Shown piece after piece: positions 33,278 to 41,855 of a stretch of DNA of 64,000 nucleotides (position 1 is its first letter; each line of letters begins with the position of its first letter). Position numbers and translations under genes: made by a program. Location: the NCBI GenBank assembly GCA_944391735.1, contig CALXUR010000002.1, forward strand, positions 2,484-66,483, in the 5' to 3' direction. This DNA comes from an uncultured Alphaproteobacteria bacterium. GTDB taxonomy: Bacteria > Pseudomonadota > Alphaproteobacteria > CAAHEQ01 > UBA3637. Below the pieces are notes generated by a model that was given only the letters and a program-made list of their open reading frames with translations, was not told the origin of the DNA and ran no database searches.

Positions 33278-33889
33278 ATGCCTCATATTCAAGTTTTTCA
33301 AGGCGATTTGCCTGATCATATTGCGTTCGACGGTGCCGTTGCCGTTGATACCGAAACAATGGGTTTGAATCTGCATCGGGATCGCCTTTGCCTGGTGCAA
33401 CTGGGGGACGGAAAGGGAAATGCCTGGCTTGTCCGAATTCAAAAAGGCGTGGATTGCCCCAATTTAAAGAAGTTACTGACGAATCCTGATATTTTAAAAA
33501 TTTTTCATTTTGCCCGATTTGATGTGGCTAAAATTAAACAGGATCTGGGGATAACTGTGTTCCCCGTTTATTGCACGAAAATAGCGTCTAAACTCTGCAG
33601 AACGTCTTCTCCGTCTCATGGTCTGAAAGCACTTTGTTCGGATTTGTTGGGCGTTGAATTATGTAAAGAGCAACAAACGTCGGACTGGGGTGCCGAAACA
33701 TTGACGCCGGAGCAACGTCAATATGCCGCAAACGACGTGTTGTATTTGCATGCTTTGAAAGATAAGCTGGATGCTTTGTTGGTCAGGGAAGGGCGCGCTG
33801 ATTTGGCTGAAAAATGTTTTTCTTTCCTGCCGACGCGTGCCGATTTGGATTTATTGGATTTTAATTCACCTGATATTTTTGAACATTAA
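33278..33889 (+). CDS. rnd: Ribonuclease D-like 3'-5' exonuclease (short form)
   Basis: DEDDy motifs: AVDTETMGL (ExoI), FHFARFDV (ExoII), YAANDVLYLH (ExoIII). Confidence 0.8.
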   Translation: MPHIQVFQGDLPDHIAFDGAVAVDTETMGLNLHRDRLCLVQLGDGKGNAWLVRIQKGVDCPNLKKLLTNPDILKIFHFARFDVAKIKQDLGITVFPVYCTKIASKLCRTSSPSHGLKALCSDLLGVELCKEQQTSDWGAETLTPEQRQYAANDVLYLHALKDKLDALLVREGRADLAEKCFSFLPTRADLDLLDFNSPDIFEH

Positions 33890-33900
33890 AGGAATGTAAG

Positions 33901-34872
33901 ATGACCCCCACGGAAATAATAAGTGCCGCTCAACGCGTTTTGGATATGGAAAGTAATGCCTTGCTTTTGATGAAAAAGACAATCGGGGACGCTTTTGTTC
34001 AAGCGGCAACCCTGATGCTGAACGTCAAAGGGCGTGTGGTCGTGTCCGGTATGGGCAAAAGCGGACATATCGGTCGGAAAATAGCGGCGACGCTGGCTTC
34101 CACCGGAACGCCGGCTTTTTTTGTTCATCCCGGGGAGGCCAGTCACGGCGACTTGGGAATGCTGACGCCGAATGATGTCTTGTTGACGATTTCCAATTCG
34201 GGGGAAAGTCGGGAAATGGGTGATATTATCTCTTTCTCCCGTCGATTCGGAATCCCGATGATTGCTATTACCGGGGGTGCGGATAGCTCAATGGCGCGCG
34301 CGGCGGATATCGTGTTGCTGATTCCGAATAAAAACGAAGCGCCGGAGGCCTGTCCCTTGGGATTAGCACCGACAACTTCTACCACGACGACATTGGCGAT
34401 GGGGGATGCTTTGGCGGTTGCCTTGATTGAAATGCGTGGTTTTTCCGCACAAGAATTTCATGATCGCCATCCCGGCGGAAAATTGGGCAATGTTTTACTC
34501 AAGGTTTCCGATGTTATGGCCAAAGGCGATGATATGCCGCTGGCTGACGCAGATATGAAAATGTCTGACGCTTTGCTTGTTATGACGGCCAAAAGCTTGG
34601 GGTGTCTTGGTGTAACGGATACGACCGGTGCTTTAATCGGCATTATCACGGACGGTGATTTGCGCCGGCATATGTCATCGGATATGATTGATAAAAAAGT
34701 TTCTGAAATTATGACAAAAAAACCAAAAACAATACCGCCGGGCATGTTGGGAGCCGAAGCTGTCGGCTTGATGAATGCCGCCAAAATTACTAATATTTTT
34801 GTAGTGGATGCGGATGATCGCCCCGTCGGGTTGTTGCATTTGCATCACTTGCTACAAGCCGGTGTTGTTTGA
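33901..34872 (+). CDS. kdsD: Arabinose-5-phosphate isomerase (KpsF/KdsD)
   Basis: SIS domain (VVSGMGKSGHIGRKIAATL, ISNSGES) plus two C-terminal CBS domains. Confidence 0.9.
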   Translation: MTPTEIISAAQRVLDMESNALLLMKKTIGDAFVQAATLMLNVKGRVVVSGMGKSGHIGRKIAATLASTGTPAFFVHPGEASHGDLGMLTPNDVLLTISNSGESREMGDIISFSRRFGIPMIAITGGADSSMARAADIVLLIPNKNEAPEACPLGLAPTTSTTTTLAMGDALAVALIEMRGFSAQEFHDRHPGGKLGNVLLKVSDVMAKGDDMPLADADMKMSDALLVMTAKSLGCLGVTDTTGALIGIITDGDLRRHMSSDMIDKKVSEIMTKKPKTIPPGMLGAEAVGLMNAAKITNIFVVDADDRPVGLLHLHHLLQAGVV

Positions 34873-34886
34873 AATAAAGGAGTCCG

Positions 34887-35939
34887 ATGTTTACGCCTCG
34901 CCTGTTTAAAATAAAAATGCATACCCGCCGCGTTCTGATTTTTAAACGCAGTCTGCCGGTGTTTGCGTTCTTGTTGGCCAGTTTGATGTTCGCCTGGCCG
35001 ACCCTGATTGCGACAAAGGATCAGTTTTCTTTGGCAGTTAAATCCGATGAGAGAACAATTGGTTCCGATGTTGATATGGAAAGAGTCCGCTTTTTTTCAC
35101 AGGATAATAAACGTCAGCCTTTAACCGTAACGGCTCCGAAAGTTTTGGAAACGGATTCGGCGCGACAGATCGTAACTCTTTATGAACCGGTCGCAACATA
35201 TAAAATGGAATCAGGTGTCGTCCTGACTTCTAAAACCCCTTACGGTTTCGCTTTTCAAAAAGAAGAATATCTGTATTTTGAGGACGAGGTGGTTACAACG
35301 ACTGACACGGGATACAAAGCTGTGTCCAGTCGTGTTATCTGCGATCATAAGGAAGGAACGTTAGACAGTGAAAGCCCCGTTACAATTACGGGGCCCAGCG
35401 GAAAGTTGAAGGCCGAGGGTTTTTTGATTTACAATAAAGGCGACAATATTGATTTTCGCGGAAAAACCGATACAACCGTTTTTTCGGTCGAAGGGGATAT
35501 TCGGATCCGGTCTCAAAACGGGTTGCTGATTAATCAGGTGCCTCAGACAATTACGGCGTTACAGGATGTGATTATTACACAAAATGATAAAGTGATTACG
35601 GCGGATAAGGTCGTTTTGGTGTATAATACGGCTTCTCAAAATATAGATAATCGAATTGCTAAAATCGAGGCTTTTGGTCATGTGACGGTTCAATCTCCCA
35701 CGCAAAAAATAACGGGGGATCACGGTTTATATGATCCACGCTCAACGATGGTTGAAATGACGGGAAACGTTGTTTTACATCAGGGGCGGAATTATTTGGA
35801 GGGGGATCGGGCAACCCTGGATATGACAACGGGGGAAAGCACGCTGGTTCCTAAAAAGTCGCAGATGCTGGGCGGATCCGAAACATCGGGACGTGTTCGG
35901 GGACAGCTGCTTCCCGCTGATTTGAATGAGGAGAAATAA
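34887..35939 (+). CDS. LptC-LptA fusion-like LPS transport protein
   Basis: N-terminal TM anchor, an LptC-like beta-jellyroll (about residues 60-190), then an OstA/LptA-like domain (ITADKVVLVYN...IEAFGHVTVQSPTQKITGDHGLYD...MTGNVVLHQGRNYLEGDRATLDMTTGES). Sits between kdsD and lptB. Confidence 0.65.
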   Translation: MFTPRLFKIKMHTRRVLIFKRSLPVFAFLLASLMFAWPTLIATKDQFSLAVKSDERTIGSDVDMERVRFFSQDNKRQPLTVTAPKVLETDSARQIVTLYEPVATYKMESGVVLTSKTPYGFAFQKEEYLYFEDEVVTTTDTGYKAVSSRVICDHKEGTLDSESPVTITGPSGKLKAEGFLIYNKGDNIDFRGKTDTTVFSVEGDIRIRSQNGLLINQVPQTITALQDVIITQNDKVITADKVVLVYNTASQNIDNRIAKIEAFGHVTVQSPTQKITGDHGLYDPRSTMVEMTGNVVLHQGRNYLEGDRATLDMTTGESTLVPKKSQMLGGSETSGRVRGQLLPADLNEEK

Positions 35940-35940
35940 A

Positions 35941-36678
35941 ATGACGATTACACCGCAAAAAGGGCTTGTTATTTCACATATCAGTAAAAGTTATAAGAAA
36001 AGGACAGTATTGCGTGATGTATCCATGCATGTTCAATTGGGAGAGGCGGTTGGTTTGTTGGGGCCGAACGGAGCCGGTAAAACAACCTCTTTTTATTGTG
36101 TGACCGGTTTGATTTCACCGAATGCAGGACAAATTTTGTTGAACGGTATTGATATTACGCATTTTCCGGTGTATCGCAGGGCACGCCTCGGTATCGGTTA
36201 TTTGCCTCAGGAGGCCTCTATTTTTCGCGGATTGAATGTTGAAGATAATATTCGATCGGTTTTGGAGGTTGTCGAGAAAAATCATGAAAAACGAGAGCAG
36301 GAGCTGGATTCTTTATTAAAAGAGTTTTCTATCGAGCATTTACGTTTCTCTCCCTCACGGGCTTTGTCCGGCGGAGAGCGTCGCCGTTTGGAAATTGCGC
36401 GTGCTTTGGCATCACGCCCGTCGTTTATTTTACTGGATGAGCCGTTGGCCGGTATTGACCCGATTGCCGTCGGTGAAATTAAAGAATTGGTTGGTCAGCT
36501 GAAAAATCGCGGTTTGGGCGTTTTGATTACGGATCACAATGTTCGTGAAACATTAAGTATTATTGATCGCGCTTATATTTTACACGATGGTGTTGTTTTG
36601 AAACAAGGAACCCCCGAAGAAATCATTGCTGATGAAAGCGTTCGAAAAACGTATTTGGGAAAAAATTTCTCATTGTAG
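35941..36678 (+). CDS. lptB: LPS export ABC transporter ATPase LptB
   Basis: Walker A GPNGAGKTT, signature LSGGERRR, Walker B ILLDEP. GAGGAG RBS before the ATG at 35941. Confidence 0.9.
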   Translation: MTITPQKGLVISHISKSYKKRTVLRDVSMHVQLGEAVGLLGPNGAGKTTSFYCVTGLISPNAGQILLNGIDITHFPVYRRARLGIGYLPQEASIFRGLNVEDNIRSVLEVVEKNHEKREQELDSLLKEFSIEHLRFSPSRALSGGERRRLEIARALASRPSFILLDEPLAGIDPIAVGEIKELVGQLKNRGLGVLITDHNVRETLSIIDRAYILHDGVVLKQGTPEEIIADESVRKTYLGKNFSL

Positions 36679-36752
36679 TTATTTTTTTCTGGTAAAACGA
36701 AGAAAAAAGGATATAATCTTCCCATTATTTATTTTTTAGAAAGGATTTTATT

Positions 36753-37847
36753 ATGACACAGGATATTAAAAAAATCGGCGTGTTGACCAGTGGCGGGGAT
36801 TGTTCCGGTTTGAATACGGCTATTCGTGCCGTGACGTTCAGTGCTTTGACAAAGGGCTGGGAGGTGTATGGTATTCACAATGCGACGGATGGTTTGTTCG
36901 TTCGGCCAATGTGGTACCAAAAATTAACAATGGCCGATTTTGAATTCCCGTATGCGACTCTCGGCGGAACGATGTTGGGGACGAATAACTCCGGTAATCC
37001 GCATGTGTTAACCCGTGAGGATGGCTCGGTTGAAGAATTAACCGATGATGAGTTGGTTCAACGTTTCACGGATGGTGTTCATGAATTGGGGTTGTCAGCT
37101 TTGGTTGTTATCGGCGGAGACGGTTCTATGGCTATTGTCAGTAAATATTGCAAAGCGGCCGGTATTTCAATGATTGGTATTCCGAAAACTATAGATAACG
37201 ATGCCCCCGGGACGGACACGGCCATCGGTTTTGCAACGGCGCGTGAAGTTGTCATGGATGCTTTGGATAAGCTGGATACAACGGCTACAAGCCATCATCG
37301 GGTCATGATTGCCGAGGTTATGGGACGCAGTGCCGGTCATCTCGCGCTTCAATCCGCTATCGCCGGTTTTGCCGATGTGGCGTTAATTCCCGAAATCGAA
37401 TATACATATGAAGGTATTGTCGAACGGTTAAAGCAATCATTTGCGGCTGGTCGAAAGCATGCTTTGATGGTTATTGCCGAAGGCATTAAAAATCCGGAAG
37501 GTAAGCATGCTTTTTCCGTGAACGGGCGAACATTCGGCGGTGTATCCTCTTATTTCGCAGAGCGTTTGGGGCAGGATGGTTTTAATGTTCGGGCAAATGT
37601 TCTCGGTCATATTCAACGTGCCGGAACGCCGATTGCGGAAGATCGCTTGTTGGCGTCCCAATTTGCGGTTCGGGCAATTGAATTGCTGGATAAAGGTCAA
37701 AACAATCGTGTTGTGATTCATAAAGACGGTCGGGTTCAGGATGAAGATTTGGATTATATTTTAAAACTGGCCAATACACCGGTTGATCCCAACAGTGATT
37801 TGGTCAATACCGCGCGCAGCCTCGGAATTTACGTTGGTGAAAAATAA
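36753..37847 (+). CDS. 6-phosphofructokinase (PfkA family; phosphoryl donor not assignable)
   Basis: Motifs SGGDCSGLN, IGGDGS, PKTIDND, MGRSAGHLAL. Confidence 0.85.
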   Translation: MTQDIKKIGVLTSGGDCSGLNTAIRAVTFSALTKGWEVYGIHNATDGLFVRPMWYQKLTMADFEFPYATLGGTMLGTNNSGNPHVLTREDGSVEELTDDELVQRFTDGVHELGLSALVVIGGDGSMAIVSKYCKAAGISMIGIPKTIDNDAPGTDTAIGFATAREVVMDALDKLDTTATSHHRVMIAEVMGRSAGHLALQSAIAGFADVALIPEIEYTYEGIVERLKQSFAAGRKHALMVIAEGIKNPEGKHAFSVNGRTFGGVSSYFAERLGQDGFNVRANVLGHIQRAGTPIAEDRLLASQFAVRAIELLDKGQNNRVVIHKDGRVQDEDLDYILKLANTPVDPNSDLVNTARSLGIYVGEK

Positions 37848-37900
37848 GGCTTGCTTTTATTAAAATTGACACTATATTATGTTATGTAAAGGAGAAAAGA

Positions 37901-38080
37901 ATGACTGAAAAATTACAAAAACATTTAACGGCTTTAAAGCAACGCCATGCCGAATTGGATGCAAAAATTGAAGAAGAAATGGCTCGCCCGATGCCGGATG
38001 ATATGAAAATTCAGGAATATAAAAAACAAAAGCTGATGACAAAACAGGAAATTGAAGAAACCGAAAAACAATTAGCTTAA
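37901..38080 (+). CDS. DUF465 (YdcH-like) small coiled-coil protein, 59 aa, below the ORF-track cutoff
   Basis: Hand translation MTEKLQKHLTALKQRHAELDAKIEEEMARPMPDDMKIQEYKKQKLMTKQEIEETEKQLA. AAGGAG RBS, with a terminator downstream. Confidence 0.65.
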   Translation: MTEKLQKHLTALKQRHAELDAKIEEEMARPMPDDMKIQEYKKQKLMTKQEIEETEKQLA

Positions 38081-38100
38081 TATTTGTGAATAATCAACGA

Positions 38101-38129
38101 AAAACCTCTCTGTATCGGGGAGGTTTTTT
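38101..38129 (+). terminator. Rho-independent terminator
   Basis: AAAACCTC...GAGGTTTT hairpin followed by T-run. Confidence 0.7.
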
Positions 38130-38212
38130 ATATTTAAGGCGGAAAATCAAACTTGACATTTGTTAAAACTTCTTTTAAACTACCCTCTTATATTTGAGGG
38201 GGTGTAATACGG

Positions 38213-39466
38213 ATGCATGCTTTAAAAATATTTAATTGGTCTACCTTTCTTCAGACACAAATATTTATGTTGCCGGTTCTGCTTTTGTTTTATCAGCAAA
38301 ACGGTTTAAGTGTCGGGGATTATTTTTTATTTCAAGGCATCTTTTCAATCACCGCTTTATTGTTTGAAGTTCCTGCCGGTTACATAGGCGATATTTTTCC
38401 TCGTAAAAATATTTTGATTTTGTCTTATGGTTTATTTTTGTGTCGTTTGGTTTTATGGTTCTTTTTTGCACATTACGGATATTGGATTATTTTGGCGGGG
38501 GAAATTTTGTATTCGGCTTCAAAATCATTTTACTCTGGTGTCGCAGACGGATATGTTTATGATTATTTGAAAGCGGGCGGAAAAAGCTCTGAAATGTTGA
38601 AACAATATGGTCGTTTAAATTGTTTTATGGCTTCCGGAGCGGCTATTTCAGCTTTGTTGGGTGCTTATTTTTATCAACATTTATCCGCCTGGTCCATGGC
38701 TTCTTGCGGTAAAGATTACGGTTTTCTGATCCTGATTTTAATCGAAATTGTTTATAATACGGCCGCTATAGCCCTTTTGTTTTTCTTACCAAAGGTTCCT
38801 TCTGCCAAAAAGAAAATCAAATCCGTGTTCGAAAAGTATAAAGATTTGTTTCGTATTACAAAAAACGCTTTGACAAATCCGGATATTAAATACCATATGT
38901 TTTATTCGGGCTTACTTGCCGGAACGACAATGGTTTTTGTTTGGAGTTTTCAACCCTTAATGAAGTCCGCGTTGGTGCCGGTGGGGTTGTTCGGTGTCAT
39001 TTATTTTATCAATCATTTGTTTCGAGCATTGGCTTCCTATTTCTTACCTGAAACAATGAAGTATTTTTCGTTACCGCTTTTCGGAAGCTTGACATTTGTA
39101 ATGTTTATTATTTCTTTTTTGATAGCAATGGAGCTGGCGCATCTGGAAAATCCGCCTTTGTGGCTCAGTCTGACATTGTTGACATTTATTTGCCTGACAA
39201 TCGGGTTTCAATTGACTGTTACACTTGCCAGCGTTTCCCGCCTTCATATGTTGGTCGGGTCGGATATTCGGTCGACGGTTGCTTCCGTCAATAATATGAT
39301 CGGTCGTTTTATCGCCGGTCTGTTTTTGATTTTATTTAAATTCCTTTTGGACGGTGTTTCCATTCAGACGTCATTTCTGATCTACCTTTGTGTTTTTATG
39401 CTGGGTCTTTATCCGCTTCTGAAAGTTATTAAGACGGATACAATACCCGTTCTTCCGAATAAGTAA
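38213..39466 (+). CDS. MFS-type transporter
   Basis: About 12 TM helices in a 6+6 layout with a central basic loop (PSAKKKIKSVFEKYK). Confidence 0.6.
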   Translation: MHALKIFNWSTFLQTQIFMLPVLLLFYQQNGLSVGDYFLFQGIFSITALLFEVPAGYIGDIFPRKNILILSYGLFLCRLVLWFFFAHYGYWIILAGEILYSASKSFYSGVADGYVYDYLKAGGKSSEMLKQYGRLNCFMASGAAISALLGAYFYQHLSAWSMASCGKDYGFLILILIEIVYNTAAIALLFFLPKVPSAKKKIKSVFEKYKDLFRITKNALTNPDIKYHMFYSGLLAGTTMVFVWSFQPLMKSALVPVGLFGVIYFINHLFRALASYFLPETMKYFSLPLFGSLTFVMFIISFLIAMELAHLENPPLWLSLTLLTFICLTIGFQLTVTLASVSRLHMLVGSDIRSTVASVNNMIGRFIAGLFLILFKFLLDGVSIQTSFLIYLCVFMLGLYPLLKVIKTDTIPVLPNK

Positions 39467-39513
39467 TCTTTTTTTGTTTGAATTCGTTTTGATAATTTGA
39501 TATACTTCATCTT

Positions 39514-40815
39514 ATGAATACATTGTTTGAACAACTGTCCGATAAGCCGTTGGCAGATCGGATGCGCCCTCAAAGTTTATCCGATGTTGTCGGGCAAGAC
39601 CATCTTCTCGGAGAAAAAGGTCCGCTCCGTCGTATGATTAACGCCGGTCGGATCAGTTCTTTTATTTTATGGGGACCGCCGGGGTGCGGTAAAACAACGA
39701 TTGCCCGTATTTTGGCGCAGGAAACAAACTTGTATTTTGAATCCTTGTCTGCCGTTTTTTCCGGTGTCGCCGATTTACGAAAAGTATTTCAAGAGGCGCA
39801 AAACCGCCGTCATTTGGGAAAAGGAACATTGCTGTTTGTTGATGAAATTCATCGCTTTAATCGGTCTCAACAAGATGGTTTTTTGCCCTATGTTGAAGAC
39901 GGAACCGTTGTTTTGGTCGGTGCTACGACGGAAAATCCTTCATTTGAGCTAAACGGAGCCTTGTTAAGCCGTTCAAAAGTTTTTGTGTTGAATCGGTTGG
40001 ATGACGATTCTTTGGATAAAATTCTTCATAAAGCGGAAACTTTAATCGGTCATCCGATTCCGTTGGATGATGTCGGTAAGAATTATTTAAAGGCTTTGGC
40101 CGACGGGGACGGTCGTTATTTTATTAACTTGATTGAAAGTGTTTTTCAATACGCTTCTCCCGATGAGATTTTGGATAAAGACGCGTTGGAACAGTTACTT
40201 CAAAAACGATTGCCGAATTATGACAAAGATCGGGAAGGGCATTATAATTTGATTTCCGCATTGCACAAATCATTGCGCGGTTCGGATCCGGATGCCGGTT
40301 TGTATTGGTTCGCCCGTATGGTGGATGCCGGTGAGGATATGAAATATATTTTGAGGCGTTTAATGCGCTTTGCCAGTGAGGATGTCGGTTTGGCCGATCC
40401 GGGTGCGTTGGTGCAGGCGCATTCCGCTTGGGATTCTTATGAGCGTCTCGGATCACCGGAGGGGGATTTGGCGGTGGCCGGACTGGTTGTTTATTTGGCG
40501 ACAGCGCCTAAATCAAATAGTGTTGAAGTTGCTTGGAATGAGGTTCGCCGTGTTGCCAAAAATACGGCCACTTTAATGCCGCCTAAACATATTTTGAATG
40601 CGCCGACAAAATTAATGGCGGATTTGGGATATCATCAAGGGTATTTGTATGATCATGATACAAAAGACGGTTTTTCCGGTCAGAATTATTTTCCGGATGG
40701 GATGGCGCGCCAGACTTTTTATCGGCCGGTTGAACGTGGTTATGAGCGCGAATTGAAAAGGCGGGTTGACTATTGGGCCGATTTACGTAAAAAACTACAG
40801 AAATCTTCAAAATAA
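39514..40815 (+). CDS. rarA: Replication-associated recombination protein A (RarA/MgsA AAA+ ATPase)
   Basis: Walker A GPPGCGKTT, Walker B LFVDEIHRFN, MgsA C-terminal helical domain (HYNLISALHKSLRGSDPDA). Confidence 0.9.
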   Translation: MNTLFEQLSDKPLADRMRPQSLSDVVGQDHLLGEKGPLRRMINAGRISSFILWGPPGCGKTTIARILAQETNLYFESLSAVFSGVADLRKVFQEAQNRRHLGKGTLLFVDEIHRFNRSQQDGFLPYVEDGTVVLVGATTENPSFELNGALLSRSKVFVLNRLDDDSLDKILHKAETLIGHPIPLDDVGKNYLKALADGDGRYFINLIESVFQYASPDEILDKDALEQLLQKRLPNYDKDREGHYNLISALHKSLRGSDPDAGLYWFARMVDAGEDMKYILRRLMRFASEDVGLADPGALVQAHSAWDSYERLGSPEGDLAVAGLVVYLATAPKSNSVEVAWNEVRRVAKNTATLMPPKHILNAPTKLMADLGYHQGYLYDHDTKDGFSGQNYFPDGMARQTFYRPVERGYERELKRRVDYWADLRKKLQKSSK

Positions 40816-40868
40816 GGCTTGATTTTTTACTCTGAATATGGGAAAACAAAAAAAGAGAAGGGGGTAAA

Positions 40869-41855
40869 ATGACCGTTCAATTTGTAACCGTAAAACCGCA
40901 GGATGACGATATTCGTTTGGATCGTTGGTTTTCAAGGCATTACCCGGGTTTAAAAAATGGCCAACTTCAACGCTTGTTGCGTGGTAAAAATATCAAAGTC
41001 AACGGGGAAAAAACAACCGCTTCTCATCGTTTATCCGTGGGGGATGAAATTCGTATTCCTCCCTTGGATGTTTCCGAAAAATCAAATTTGCCGCGGGACT
41101 TGTCCAAGGCGGATATGGACTTTATGCGCTCTTTGGTTTTGTATCGTGACGCGGATGTGATTGTGTTGAATAAACCCGCGGGAATCGCTGTTCAGGGCGG
41201 AACTAAAACAGAACGTCATATTGATGGTATGCTGGATGCTTTGCGCTTTGATTATGATGAAAAACCGCGGCTGGTGCATCGTTTGGATAAAGATACCTCC
41301 GGTGTCTTGGTTCTCGGTCGCTCGGCTCATGCCGCCGCACGGTTGGCGGAAGCTTTTAAAACGCGTGAGGCTCATAAAATTTATTGGGCGGTTGTTGTCG
41401 GAAAACCGAAATTGTTGTCCGGCAAGATAGACGCGCCCCTTTCTAAACTGTCCGGAATCGGTGGCGGTGAACAAATGAAAATTGATTTTGATAACGGTCA
41501 ACGTGCCCAAACTCTGTATCGGGTGCTTGATTCTCTGGGACAAAAAGCCGCTTGGCTGGAAATGAGTCCTTTAACAGGGCGGACACATCAATTGCGGGTT
41601 CATGCCGCTCAAGCCTTAAATACGCCGATAGTCGGCGATGGAAAATATGGCGGGGATCGTTCGTTTTCATTAGGGTTGGCAGGCAACAGTAAAATGCACC
41701 TGCACGCTCGCGCGATTCGGATGCCTCATCCGGTTAAAGGTGTTCTGGAAGTGACGGCACCTTTGCCTCCCCATATGCAAGACAGTTTTTCTTTTTTAGG
41801 ATTTAATGAAAAAGACAGTATTCATCCGTTTGATTATTTTACAAAGGAGTCATAA
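40869..41855 (+). CDS. RluA-family 23S rRNA pseudouridine synthase (RluC/RluD-like)
   Basis: S4-like N-terminus. Catalytic HRLDKDTSG motif. TGRTHQLR motif. Confidence 0.85.
   Translation: MTVQFVTVKPQDDDIRLDRWFSRHYPGLKNGQLQRLLRGKNIKVNGEKTTASHRLSVGDEIRIPPLDVSEKSNLPRDLSKADMDFMRSLVLYRDADVIVLNKPAGIAVQGGTKTERHIDGMLDALRFDYDEKPRLVHRLDKDTSGVLVLGRSAHAAARLAEAFKTREAHKIYWAVVVGKPKLLSGKIDAPLSKLSGIGGGEQMKIDFDNGQRAQTLYRVLDSLGQKAAWLEMSPLTGRTHQLRVHAAQALNTPIVGDGKYGGDRSFSLGLAGNSKMHLHARAIRMPHPVKGVLEVTAPLPPHMQDSFSFLGFNEKDSIHPFDYFTKES

Noticed and set aside
33048-33368. 106-aa ORF spanning the tRNA-Leu gene
   Set aside because: It covers a clear tRNA cloverleaf, its promoter and its terminator, so it is not coding.
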